Virus record (IMG/VR): IMGVR_UViG_3300030376_007323
Location: 1-64,000 of that record
Reading direction: 5' to 3' (one strand)
Length of the DNA: 64,000 bases
DNA from: a virus
Taxonomy: Duplodnaviria > Caudoviricetes
The notes beneath the pieces were generated by a model. The model worked only from the letters and a program-made list of their open reading frames with translations. It was not told the origin of the DNA and searched no databases. Numbering within the stretch: position 1 is the first letter of the stretch; every line of letters starts with the position of its first letter. Below, piece by piece: positions 1 through 9,257 of this stretch. A program made the position numbers and the translations under genes.

Positions 1-917
1 TAAATAGAAATATATTTAGACGCTGTGTCGTTAGGGTATCTTAATTGTACTTGTTTACCATAATCTTTACCCATAAACTTCGCAAACTTTTCTTTAAAGA
101 ATGGTTTAAGTTCAGGGTATGTAGCAAAGAACGGACCTAACTCAATACTTCTATCCTCTGCATTATAAAATGAATTACTTTCAAAGTGGAACTGATGACT
201 TCTACTTTCAGATGGAGATTTACCCGCATCTTCTTTATACATCATCATATATAATGGACCTTGTTTTGAATAATGGTCATAGTAATTAGATGTTTTTGAT
301 GCTGTACACCACCTAGTTTGTCCACCTCCGTAGTGACAAGAAGCTTCTTTAGATTTAGGTACTAAGATTAACCATTTATCATCTTCATAAACTTTATCAA
401 CATCATCTCTTAGTCTTTCTGCTTTAGTCTTAGTTATCTCATCCTTACTAACTTGGTAATCTTTTACATTATCATATAAATCTGCTACGGACTTTATTTG
501 TCCAATATCTTTTTCTCCTTTATATTTTTTTGTCTTTTTAAGGTAATGGAATTTTTCTAAATCTTCCGTAACCTTATAAAGGTCCTCCATAAATAAATTT
601 TGTAGTCTTTCCAAGGCTACACCCCATTCATTACTTCCATAAGCATATTCTTTGTCTGCTTCCTGTTGTAAACCTAACCATTGTTTAATTATCCAATTAG
701 TGTAAGCTCCAACTTTCTTAACATCTCTAACATCCCTATCTCCCTCAAAATCACCCTTAGTGGTTGGGTCTGCTTGCATAAGGTCTATTAGAAAGTCTTT
801 CTCCATTTGAGCTTTCTTACCCTTCTTTTTTGGTTCGGTGTACTTTTTCATGAGAACATCGTAACGACTATCCTCAATAATTAAATTAGTTAAGATTTCC
901 TTAAAGTTAAAGGCCAT
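1..917 (-). CDS. Phage hypothetical protein, 3'-truncated by window edge (MAFNFKEILTNLIIEDSRY...), with YEDDKWLILVP...SCHYG...RWCT domain
   Basis: Not in ORF track; manual translation from ATG at 917 stays open to position 1; ATATTTATA motif upstream. Confidence 0.85.
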   Translation of the reverse strand, partial: MAFNFKEILTNLIIEDSRYDVLMKKYTEPKKKGKKAQMEKDFLIDLMQADPTTKGDFEGDRDVRDVKKVGAYTNWIIKQWLGLQQEADKEYAYGSNEWGVALERLQNLFMEDLYKVTEDLEKFHYLKKTKKYKGEKDIGQIKSVADLYDNVKDYQVSKDEITKTKAERLRDDVDKVYEDDKWLILVPKSKEASCHYGGGQTRWCTASKTSNYYDHYSKQGPLYMMMYKEDAGKSPSESRSHQFHFESNSFYNAEDRSIELGPFFATYPELKPFFKEKFAKFMGKDYGKQVQLRYPNDTASKYISI

Positions 918-961
918 GTTTAAATCTGTTTTATTATAAATATATGTTAATTAGAAAGAAT

Positions 962-1663
962 TTATAGAGATTTTACGTGAGAAACTATATCCATCAATGC
1001 ATTCACATCTTTTTCACAATATTCTTTAATTTCTGAAATGTTATTATCCACATAATAACTTTTATGGATGTTAGAACCATCTACTTTTCCATCCTTTGGG
1101 GTGTCTAGACCCAAAACACTACACACTAGATGTAATGCGGATAAACCTTTATAAGAACCGAAGTTCCATAACTCTTTAGTGTCCAGAGCTTTTATCTCCC
1201 ATGGTTTTGTGTCATAGGACGGCATTATAGGGGAAGGTTTTATTTTATTTATTAACATTCTTTTACCTAGATATGGTAAATCAAATGTTTTTATATTGTG
1301 TCCACACAAAGAAAACCTTAGTTTATGTACTCTATTCAAAAGATTAACTGTTTCTTTTAAAATATCTTCCTCCCCTCCTTTGGTGAATGACTGTATTTTT
1401 CTTTCGTCTCCGGTTATGAATCCCGCACTTACACAAACAACCCTACCAAACTCCGGTAATAAACCTGAGTATTTTTTAAATAATTCACCGTCTGACATTC
1501 TTTCATCCTCTGGGTAATGTCTTCTAAAATAAGAGTCACCCATTTTATTCCATAGGTTATATAAAATACCATTTCTCTCTTCTAGTTCTTCTATTGTCGC
1601 ATAGGAACCACAAGTTTCAATATCTAAAAATAATAATTTACTCGGTTGTATCTGGTCTATCAT
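962..1663 (-). CDS. PolB-like 3'-5' exonuclease (DEDDy, DNA_pol_B_exo2-like)
   Basis: Motifs FLDIET, GHNIKTFD, YCEKDV. Confidence 0.88.
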   Translation of the reverse strand: MIDQIQPSKLLFLDIETCGSYATIEELEERNGILYNLWNKMGDSYFRRHYPEDERMSDGELFKKYSGLLPEFGRVVCVSAGFITGDERKIQSFTKGGEEDILKETVNLLNRVHKLRFSLCGHNIKTFDLPYLGKRMLINKIKPSPIMPSYDTKPWEIKALDTKELWNFGSYKGLSALHLVCSVLGLDTPKDGKVDGSNIHKSYYVDNNISEIKEYCEKDVNALMDIVSHVKSL

Positions 1664-1820
1664 CTGTTCTATTATCTTTTAATTTTTGGTACGTATCAAC
1701 ATCTACTGTAATTTGGATTGTGTTCTCAAAAATTCCTGGTTCTCTCACCCAATAATCCACAGTCTTACCTTTCATGAGGTCATCTAATTGGTCCTCTTCT
1801 ATCCATATTATCACTTTCAT
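1638..1820 (-). CDS. Small hypothetical protein
   Basis: 60-aa ORF coupled to neighbours by overlaps. Confidence 0.7.
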   Translation of the reverse strand: MKVIIWIEEDQLDDLMKGKTVDYWVREPGIFENTIQITVDVDTYQKLKDNRTDDRPDTTE

Positions 1821-1963
1821 TTTTCTTTTTTTTCAAATGGGTCATATAATTGGTGGCCGTATTTTTTATCTTTAAAATAAGTTATCATACCCCATGGTAT
1901 ACCAACTAAACAAATAACAATCCATATTGTTGTTAATATTATAGTTATATCTTCTAAAATCAT
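1817..1963 (-). CDS. Small single-TM protein, 48 aa (MILEDITIILTTIWIVICLVGIPWGMITYFKDKK...)
   Basis: Manual translation; ATGA overlaps at both ends; below ORF-track cutoff. Confidence 0.7.
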   Translation of the reverse strand: MILEDITIILTTIWIVICLVGIPWGMITYFKDKKYGHQLYDPFEKKEK

Positions 1964-2076
1964 ATTCTTGGTTTTTTAAATTTTAAGTGAATGTATTCTG
2001 CTATAGTCCAAGTTATACATCCAACACACAGTATAACCCAACCCATTCCTAATATTTGTACTATTTTTTCAATCAT
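1960..2076 (-). CDS. Small single-TM protein, 38 aa (MIEKIVQILGMGWVILCVGCITWTIAEYIHLKFKKPRI)
   Basis: Manual translation; consensus promoter 4 nt upstream; ATGA overlap with next gene. Confidence 0.7.
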   Translation of the reverse strand: MIEKIVQILGMGWVILCVGCITWTIAEYIHLKFKKPRI

Positions 2077-2080
2077 AGAA

Positions 2081-2111
2081 CAAAGATAAACAATTTTTTT
2101 AGAATAACAAA
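2081..2111 (-). promoter_or_regulatory. Bacteroidota sigmaA-type promoter TTTG-N19-TATCTTTG
   Basis: Exact match to the -33/-7 consensus TTTG / TAnnTTTG, ending 4 nt before ATG 2076. Confidence 0.8.
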
Positions 2112-2118
2112 ATATATA

Positions 2119-2334
2119 TTAGAATTTTTTCTTTTTTGTACCCCATTGGGATTTTACCCAGATTCTTTCATGGATATAATATAGTAAGAACTTGGTGCAT
2201 AGTTCTAACGCACCAATTTTTAAACCCATTACTGGGTTGCCAGTTATTATCCATCCTAGAGCCATTGTATCCAATGTCCCTACGATTCTCCAACTAACTG
2301 CTTTGAGAATACTTCTTGTTTTACTTACGTACAT
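2119..2334 (-). CDS. DUF2061-family small membrane protein
   Basis: RSILKAVSWRIVGTLDT...YYIHERIW signature. Confidence 0.85.
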   Translation of the reverse strand: MYVSKTRSILKAVSWRIVGTLDTMALGWIITGNPVMGLKIGALELCTKFLLYYIHERIWVKSQWGTKKKKF

Positions 2335-3955
2335 TTTCTGTGATTATATTATTAATAATATTATTAATAATTCTATTTGTGTAGTTTTCATTAACTTCTT
2401 TTTCTTCTTGATTAAATGGTAGTCTTGGGTTGGTTACGTACTCTAGGAAATCTTCTAATTTAACATTGTCCATTCTCCCCTTATTGGTTGAGTTTTCACT
2501 TTCGTCCTTAAAAGATACTGTTTCTTCTTTGGCGTCATAATTTCCGACTAGTATGTCTAAATATTTTTCTCCATTTTCAGGTCTACTACGTGTCCAACGG
2601 TGTACATCTGTTCTGTTTGAGAATCCTGGGTTCCATCCCGTTGCTCTTTTAAATCCTAGTTCATTAATTGTTTTAAGAAAACTTTCTCTTCTTTTAACTC
2701 TGTCCATAATCGTGTTTACCCCATCTTCTTCTATATTATCCAACATGTTTTTAAAAGCTGCATTCATATCATTACTTCCTTCATCATCTACATCCCACGC
2801 ATCATACCAACCATCATATAAATTAGGTAACCCATTTAACTCTATTTCACCCAAATCAGCAAAATTTTCAACACTCTTTGTACCAATAACTTGTAATAAT
2901 TGTTTCCATGTTATATACATTTCGGTGTTTCTCCCTCTTTCATCATAGTCAAATACTTTTGCTTCATCTATCTCGTCTTTAGTAGCTTGTGCTCTACTTC
3001 TCCAAACTGCACAACCTAAACTACTTAACCACTCATCAGCCATATCATCTGCTTCTACTGGAAAATACTTTTCCAGGAAATCATACACATTTCCTTCATC
3101 GTGTTGTAATTCCTGTTCTGTAAATTTTGGTTCTCCCACTAACTCTCTAAGATTTTGTAATCGTCCACGGTTTTCTGGGGTTAAATAACCGTTCATATAG
3201 TTTAATTCCTCGGTATCCATTTCCTCACAATCATCATAATAACCACGGTAACCCATAGCTGCGTTATATGCCCAGTCATCATCCTCACTTAAATCTAAAA
3301 ACTTATCTTTAAAAGTTTCGTCGTTGGCGATTATTAAGATTCCTTCTCCATCAGGCATGATTCCTATTTCATCGTTATTCATATTATCAAAAAACCAACT
3401 ATCAGTAGATACTGTAGTGTTGTCGTTACCTTCAAACTTTTCCCAGTCCAGATTTTGTCCTTTCTCACCTCTTATCTCATCATAAACTGCTTTTGCAAAA
3501 TCATTCTTTTCTGAAAATTGTTTCATTTCCTTTTCAGTAAAAGGCATTTCAAATTTTAATCTTTCTTTGAGGGAGTAAGGTATGTTTAGTTTTTCTATTA
3601 GTGCGGGTTTGTCACTAAAGAATTCTTTTGCTTCTTTTTTCTGGTACCAATTTATATTTAACGCTGAGTCTCTAAGTGGGTCAAAAAGAGCATATTCCCC
3701 ACCAAATCTTAAAGGTATTTTACTTTTGGTGTCGTGGACTATCCCTGCTTTGTTTTTATCCTTTTCTATGATTATATAGGTTACCCCACCACTTTTAAAC
3801 GCGTTTACGGTAGCTTCTTTAATTTTTTCATCCTTACACCATTGGGGTGCTATAGAACAAATAGATGCAATATTATAAGGTAATACGAGTTCATATTTAT
3901 CATCCTCGTATACAACTCTTTTATTTACCTGTTCGTTTAACATATTCATAGTCAT
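2321..3955 (-). CDS. Acidic phage hypothetical protein; N-terminus similar to ORF 1..917
   Basis: 544-aa ORF; VVYEDDKYELVLP...SIC...WC. Confidence 0.75.
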   Translation of the reverse strand: MTMNMLNEQVNKRVVYEDDKYELVLPYNIASICSIAPQWCKDEKIKEATVNAFKSGGVTYIIIEKDKNKAGIVHDTKSKIPLRFGGEYALFDPLRDSALNINWYQKKEAKEFFSDKPALIEKLNIPYSLKERLKFEMPFTEKEMKQFSEKNDFAKAVYDEIRGEKGQNLDWEKFEGNDNTTVSTDSWFFDNMNNDEIGIMPDGEGILIIANDETFKDKFLDLSEDDDWAYNAAMGYRGYYDDCEEMDTEELNYMNGYLTPENRGRLQNLRELVGEPKFTEQELQHDEGNVYDFLEKYFPVEADDMADEWLSSLGCAVWRSRAQATKDEIDEAKVFDYDERGRNTEMYITWKQLLQVIGTKSVENFADLGEIELNGLPNLYDGWYDAWDVDDEGSNDMNAAFKNMLDNIEEDGVNTIMDRVKRRESFLKTINELGFKRATGWNPGFSNRTDVHRWTRSRPENGEKYLDILVGNYDAKEETVSFKDESENSTNKGRMDNVKLEDFLEYVTNPRLPFNQEEKEVNENYTNRIINNIINNIITENVRK

Positions 3956-3975
3956 CTACTATAAATATAAAGTAA

Positions 3976-4215
3976 TTACAAGTTATATTTGGAGTAGTCG
4001 GAAAGTCTTCCTTGTTTTATTTTTTTGAGGGTTGAGCATTTTTCGTACTCTTCTGTTTTTTCAAAGAAGGTGATTAGTTTATCTATTGTTTTGTGGGGTA
4101 AGTCTTTATTGACAAATTCAAGATTTTCATATTCCTCACCTTCTTCCATAGAACTTACTATAAATTCATAAGCTAATCTAAATGCTGCGTTTTTTTCTAG
4201 AGGGTCTAATATCAT
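3976..4215 (-). CDS. Hypothetical protein with UVR-like EEYEKC motif
   Basis: FFEKTEEYEKCSTLKK. Confidence 0.65.
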   Translation of the reverse strand: MILDPLEKNAAFRLAYEFIVSSMEEGEEYENLEFVNKDLPHKTIDKLITFFEKTEEYEKCSTLKKIKQGRLSDYSKYNL

Positions 4216-4604
4216 TCTCCTTTATTTACATAACTATACCACCATATTGCTACCATCATTAGTACAAATATAGAGCCCATAGTGTAGACTAAGAACCAAG
4301 GGGTGTGGTGTTCAACAAAAAATGCTGGTGTTCCCATGGCTATCAACCATATTAGAAATATCAGTCCTGTGTTAGACTCCAGTTTTTTTTCTACCTTAAC
4401 TGTTCGTTCTTTATTTATTAATCTAGATAATGCGTCTTGCATATCTTTACCGTAGGCTGGTTGGGTGTGTTTGGTTCCGTCTTTTTCACCAATAGTTACC
4501 ATATATTTTAGATAACCAGGGTTATTTTTACTTTTTTCCACAAATTTACATTCCAGAGCTCTTCTCCTGTTAAACTTATATTTATGGGTATTTTTCTTCA
4601 ACAT
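4212..4604 (-). CDS. Hypothetical membrane protein (2 C-terminal TM helices)
   Basis: Hydrophobic stretches; ATGA coupling. Confidence 0.7.
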   Translation of the reverse strand: MLKKNTHKYKFNRRRALECKFVEKSKNNPGYLKYMVTIGEKDGTKHTQPAYGKDMQDALSRLINKERTVKVEKKLESNTGLIFLIWLIAMGTPAFFVEHHTPWFLVYTMGSIFVLMMVAIWWYSYVNKGE

Positions 4605-4606
4605 TT

Positions 4607-4801
4607 TTATTTAGGGTTACAAGTTTTTCTAATTTTATAAACCCAACCACTATCTGAATTTTCAGTCATCATCGTAGCTATTCTTTGAGCTTCTTTTTCG
4701 TTTTTCACGTCCCATATTTGGGATAGTCCGTCAGTTAATAATATGAAGGACTTTTTGCCTGTTTTAGGGTCCATCATTTCTTTTATTATATTATATGGCA
4801 T
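4607..4801 (-). CDS. Small hypothetical protein
   Basis: ORF packed in operon. Confidence 0.65.
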   Translation of the reverse strand: MPYNIIKEMMDPKTGKKSFILLTDGLSQIWDVKNEKEAQRIATMMTENSDSGWVYKIRKTCNPK

Positions 4802-4988
4802 TTTTGTATTTTTTAGTTAAAAGGTTAATATAAAAATCTGCTACTCCAGGTCCTAATAAATCATTCCATTTATTTTCAAAATTGTGAATTAACTTTTTTA
4901 AAGCTGGTCTATGAATTTCTTGGTTAAGTGGATTGTTTAGTACTTTTAGTACAAAATCAGCATCTTTTTTAATGTTAGGACTTTTCAT
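4791..4988 (-). CDS. Small hypothetical protein
   Basis: ORF with TATATTTG (4993-5000) 4 nt upstream. Confidence 0.7.
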   Translation of the reverse strand: MKSPNIKKDADFVLKVLNNPLNQEIHRPALKKLIHNFENKWNDLLGPGVADFYINLLTKKYKNAI

Positions 4989-5015
4989 ACCACAAATATA
5001 ATAATTATTTTTAAA

Positions 5016-6059
5016 CTATTCTACTAGTTGTGGTTTAAATTGTAAAGTTTCCAATAATCTTTTTATAATTTTATATGGGTCACCGTTACTCGCTGGTCTT
5101 CTATCCTCTATGTAACCTTTCCAATTATTTTTTACGGTAGATACTGGGATTCTAATACTAGCACCTCTATCAGATACACCATAACTAAATCTATCTATAG
5201 CTTGTGTTTCGTGTAAACCAGTTAATCTTTTTTCATTATCACTACCATAGTTGTTTATGTGGTCCTCGTGGTAAAATGATAATGTATCACAAATACCCTC
5301 TATTAAGTCTTTACCTCCAACTTCTCTCATTTCTCTAGATGAGAAATTTACATGCATACCTGAACCATTCCAATCACCAGTTACTGGTTTTGGGTGAAGG
5401 TCAACCGTCACTCCATGATTTTCTGTGATTCTATATAAAAGATACCTACTAACCCATAAATCGTCCGCTACTTTTAAAGCTCCTTTACCGAATAATTGAT
5501 ACTCCCATTGACCTAACATTACCTCTGCATTCACCCCGGTAATATCTAATCCAATATTCATACAAGCATCTAAATGTTGTTCCACAATTTCTCTACCTAT
5601 TACTCTATCGGTACCAACACCACAATAGTATTTTCCTTGGGGTTCTGGATACCCTTCCTTTGGGAATCCTAGTGGTTTACCATCTTTCATTAAGACATAC
5701 TCTTGCTCAAACCCAAACCACCAACCTTCTCTGTGTCTATGAGTGTCGTACTCTTCTAATTGTACTCTTTCATTACTATTATGGGAAACACCATTTTCAT
5801 TTAATACCTCACACAAAGCAAGATAAGACCCCACTCTTTGTGGGTCTGGGTAAACTCTTACTGGTCTTAGGATACAGTCCGAATTATTACCCACAGCTTG
5901 TTGGGTTGAACTGCCGTCGAATGACCATTCGGGTAAATCTTCTGGGTTAACTACCCTAATAGTACTTTCTAATTCTACAATTTTAGTTTTACTTCTTAGT
6001 GTTTGGTCTGGTTTATTTCCATCTAACCAGATATATTCTATTTTAGTCTTTATCGTCAT
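5016..6059 (-). CDS. glnII: Glutamine synthetase type II
   Basis: WSFDGSST, GFEQEY, HPKPxxGDWNGSGMH, KRLTGLHET, EDRRPASN; GSII-size (347 aa). Confidence 0.95.
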   Translation of the reverse strand: MTIKTKIEYIWLDGNKPDQTLRSKTKIVELESTIRVVNPEDLPEWSFDGSSTQQAVGNNSDCILRPVRVYPDPQRVGSYLALCEVLNENGVSHNSNERVQLEEYDTHRHREGWWFGFEQEYVLMKDGKPLGFPKEGYPEPQGKYYCGVGTDRVIGREIVEQHLDACMNIGLDITGVNAEVMLGQWEYQLFGKGALKVADDLWVSRYLLYRITENHGVTVDLHPKPVTGDWNGSGMHVNFSSREMREVGGKDLIEGICDTLSFYHEDHINNYGSDNEKRLTGLHETQAIDRFSYGVSDRGASIRIPVSTVKNNWKGYIEDRRPASNGDPYKIIKRLLETLQFKPQLVE

Positions 6060-6210
6060 CTTTATCTAATTTTGCTAATAATTTATCTAATTGTTGTTGT
6101 AAACGCCTGATTTGATTTGGTGTTACCTCAACCTCAACTTTTAAGTCCAAGATAGTTTCTTGCAACTCTTTTATTTGTTTTCTTGTTTCTTTGTTTATTT
6201 CTTTATTCAT
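6043..6210 (-). CDS. Small coiled-coil protein, 55 aa (MNKEINKETRKQIKELQETILDLK...)
   Basis: Manual translation; fills the gap upstream of glnII. Confidence 0.6.
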   Translation of the reverse strand: MNKEINKETRKQIKELQETILDLKVEVEVTPNQIRRLQQQLDKLLAKLDKDDDKD

Positions 6211-6228
6211 TTTGATATTTATAATAGT

Positions 6229-6564
6229 ATGAATGTTATTTTAGATAATAAAGAGCTTCCATTAGAAATTATGTCCAACCCTACAGCTATCAGTACTGGG
6301 ATGATGGGGCGTGAAAAAATAGATGGTGGGATGTTATTTCTTTTTCCAGAAATCGGGGAACGTTCTTTCTGGATGAAAGATTGTTTAATATCTTTAGATA
6401 TAGTTTTTATCATTAATAATAAAGTTACTAAAGTACATAGAAATTGTACACCCTGTAATAAAACTAAATGTACCTCTTACTATGGAATTGCTAATAAAGT
6501 TTTGGAGGTTCCTGCTGGAAAATATTCTGTGAGTGAGGGAGATATATTAGAGTTTACTTACTAG
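6229..6564 (+). CDS. DUF192-family protein (start revised to ATG 6229)
   Basis: GMMGRE..GGMLFLF..SFWMKDCLISLDIVFI..VLEVPAG; ATATTTATA just upstream. Confidence 0.88.
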   Translation: MNVILDNKELPLEIMSNPTAISTGMMGREKIDGGMLFLFPEIGERSFWMKDCLISLDIVFIINNKVTKVHRNCTPCNKTKCTSYYGIANKVLEVPAGKYSVSEGDILEFTY

Positions 6565-7999
6565 AGTCTATATTTTCTTTAATTTTCTTGACCATTTCTT
6601 TCTGTACCCATTTTACAAATTCAACGTATCTTGTTGGTTTAGCGTCCGTTTTTTTCTTATAAGGTCCTTCTGGTTGTCTAGTTGCTCTACTGAAGAAATT
6701 TAACCCACTAATATTTGTTATACACTTATGACCCCCACTATTAGCTTGTATTACGTCCCACGCTGGTACAGTTATTTTATCTAAGACTGCTTTTTGTTTT
6801 TCACTTAATTTATCCCAAGGAGTGTCGATTATACTAACTGCCATATCATAATACTTTGAATTCTCTGAAGGCATATTTTGTAAATGGTCTTTGTATAACG
6901 CAAATAGGTCAGAAGTTTTAAATCCAATACTTTCTCCTTCTGCTTTAGTTTCACCAATTCTTTTAATTACGGAAACTGGTACTTGGTGTTTTTTAAGTTG
7001 TGGTTCCACTTCTTTTAATACTTCTTGAGCTATATCACCTAAATTAACACCTTTAAGAGCTCTATCTTTCTTGAACGGATTACATGAGGCTTGTACAAGA
7101 CCCATTGGCCATGCAACCACAAAAAAGTCAGCGTCAGGATAAATTTTAAATGGTGTGTACCTATCATAGGAACCTGGTTTAAATAACCTACCACCACCAT
7201 ATTGTACTATTATATTATCATCTAAATTTAGATTATTACTTTCTTGTTGGGACTTTATATATTGTGCTTGATTTTGTGCCATTTCTTCTGGTGAAGCAAA
7301 ACCTTTTTCTTTTGCGTAGGAAGTTATATTTTGATAGATATTCATTAATGATGGTGATGAATTCATAACTAAGTGTTCTAGGAATCCTGGTTTGTTTTTA
7401 TACGCTAATAATAATTTATTAGTTAATAGACCTAACATCCATCTTTTTTCGTAAGTTTGGTCACCTGATTCAAAATCTCTAATTAAGTTCATCACTTGTT
7501 CTGGTTCTATATCGTGTTTTGCGTAATCAGCTGAATCAACTGTATTAATCATCATAATATCTTCATCCGTAAAAATATCACTAGGACTTATAGTTTGTGA
7601 AATAGTTTCTACATTTGACCTTGCTCCTCTAAATTGTGTTGCTGTATCATCTTCTACACCTGCTTGTGAATCGTGGTGGTCAGTATGTATTTTAAATATT
7701 GGTTTGCCGTGTGCAAAATCTACTAGTACTGGCATTACATCTTCACTAGCTTGTGGTTTTTTTACTGAAAATTCTTTATCACCATATTGTATTACATGGG
7801 TGTCGATAACATCTATACCATATTTTTCTAAGTAGTTCTTCATACCTAATGCTGATACCACACCGTCTAAATCTTGATGAAAGTATATTTCTGCTTTTGG
7901 GTATCTTTGGGCTAGCTTATTGATGTCTCTAATTCCCCCTTCATTTAAGAGTGATTCATTAATAAACTCTAATTGTTTTTCTGTTATCTCGATTTTCAT
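6554..7999 (-). CDS. DHH/DHHA1-family phosphoesterase with N-terminal MKIEITEKQ leader (start revised to ATG 7999)
   Basis: HQDLDG, VLVDF, TDHH, C-terminal SGGHK. Confidence 0.8.
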   Translation of the reverse strand: MKIEITEKQLEFINESLLNEGGIRDINKLAQRYPKAEIYFHQDLDGVVSALGMKNYLEKYGIDVIDTHVIQYGDKEFSVKKPQASEDVMPVLVDFAHGKPIFKIHTDHHDSQAGVEDDTATQFRGARSNVETISQTISPSDIFTDEDIMMINTVDSADYAKHDIEPEQVMNLIRDFESGDQTYEKRWMLGLLTNKLLLAYKNKPGFLEHLVMNSSPSLMNIYQNITSYAKEKGFASPEEMAQNQAQYIKSQQESNNLNLDDNIIVQYGGGRLFKPGSYDRYTPFKIYPDADFFVVAWPMGLVQASCNPFKKDRALKGVNLGDIAQEVLKEVEPQLKKHQVPVSVIKRIGETKAEGESIGFKTSDLFALYKDHLQNMPSENSKYYDMAVSIIDTPWDKLSEKQKAVLDKITVPAWDVIQANSGGHKCITNISGLNFFSRATRQPEGPYKKKTDAKPTRYVEFVKWVQKEMVKKIKENIDSSK

Positions 8000-8024
8000 A
8001 TTATATAAATATCTACTTATTTGA

Positions 8025-8810
8025 TTAACACGGATGTCTTTTATCCCACCAAAATATGTGGTCACCTATTTTCTTAGCTGACTTTTTATTGTTGTTGTAA
8101 GATTTTGCAATAGTTCTTGTACTACCACTACTTAAATCTACTATACTAGGATTAACATAGTGATTTACCTTTATAAGGTCGTTATCACCAAAATCCTCAA
8201 CCACCCCTAACATTTTATCAAAACCTTTTACTTTTTGGTTGGTTATTCTGTTGTGTAACTCTTTAAATTTACCTTCCTTATCTAATCTATTAAAGTAATT
8301 CCAGGTAGAGTATTGTTTTCCTTTTAATACGGAATCTTTCATACTGTACCCACATTTGTCCGCTCGGTTTTTTATTGTAGATAATATAGCTTTTAATTCT
8401 TTTTCACCCGCTCTTTGATTCTCACCAACTAAAGTAGAGGCTAAAATATAATCTTCATCATCTTTAGGGATGTCCACATAAAGACCTAATTTTTTTAAAC
8501 CGTTAGGTCCTAGTGGGATGTTATTATTTGTTTGTTTACATAAATCAATATCTAAATGGGTTGACAAGGCTTTCAACATGTCTTTACCATAGTATCCGTC
8601 TCTACCTATACCTAGTTTTTTTTGAATTACGTATACTGGATGTGTTTTATCTAAATCGTAATCCCCATAGTTTATCAAACTTCCATTTCTTAGCATATCA
8701 TAGAAAGAAACGTCTACTTCGTTAAATTCTGTTTCTCCAGTAGGTACACACTTAACTTCCTCTTGTTCGAAAAGTCTAGTATATTGGTTTTCTGTGATTA
8801 TTATACGCAT
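8025..8810 (-). CDS. Cell wall hydrolase (SleB/Hydrolase_2-like) with PG-binding-like segment
   Basis: LASTLVGE, TIKNRA, VLKGKQYSTWN, HYVNP, KIGDHIF; IQKKLGIGRDGYYG. Confidence 0.8.
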   Translation of the reverse strand: MRIIITENQYTRLFEQEEVKCVPTGETEFNEVDVSFYDMLRNGSLINYGDYDLDKTHPVYVIQKKLGIGRDGYYGKDMLKALSTHLDIDLCKQTNNNIPLGPNGLKKLGLYVDIPKDDEDYILASTLVGENQRAGEKELKAILSTIKNRADKCGYSMKDSVLKGKQYSTWNYFNRLDKEGKFKELHNRITNQKVKGFDKMLGVVEDFGDNDLIKVNHYVNPSIVDLSSGSTRTIAKSYNNNKKSAKKIGDHIFWWDKRHPC

Positions 8811-8849
8811 AAAAAAGTCGTTTACAATAAATATACCTATAAACGACTT
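8811..8849 (-). terminator. Intrinsic terminator-like hairpin (10-bp stem, 15-nt loop, U-tract)
   Basis: aagtcgttta (8815-8824) pairs with taaacgactt (8840-8849); T6 run on minus strand immediately before ATG 8810. Confidence 0.7.
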
Positions 8850-8861
8850 ACTTACTCAAAG

Positions 8862-9251
8862 TTATAACTTTTCCCACTTACCATTATTTAATAATTTAAA
8901 TGTACCTACATAAGTTTCTTTCCACTGACTAGGTTCAATTAGGCTTAAGAATAAATCCTTATTTTTATTTTCATATAAATGATACGGTTCACCTAAGATG
9001 GGTTGGAAGTTATAAGTGGATTTATACACTAAACTTGTCCAATTATATTCCTCTACTAGTTTTTTATATTCGTCCCTTAACTCGTCTAGTCTAGACTTAA
9101 AATATTTGTCTGCTTTTATAGAATCTGATTTATCTACATTAATCGGCTCAAATTTTTGGGAGCCCACTGTGGTAGGATATTGTTTTAAGTTAGCGTCAAA
9201 TTTATCTGACTCTTCATTATAAACTATATTATCTGGATATTTCTTTTTCAT
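8862..9251 (-). CDS. DUF2452-family protein
   Basis: YPTTVGSQKF...FQPILGEPYHLY...LSLIEPSQW. Confidence 0.8.
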   Translation of the reverse strand: MKKKYPDNIVYNEESDKFDANLKQYPTTVGSQKFEPINVDKSDSIKADKYFKSRLDELRDEYKKLVEEYNWTSLVYKSTYNFQPILGEPYHLYENKNKDLFLSLIEPSQWKETYVGTFKLLNNGKWEKL

Positions 9252-9257
9252 TTTTCA

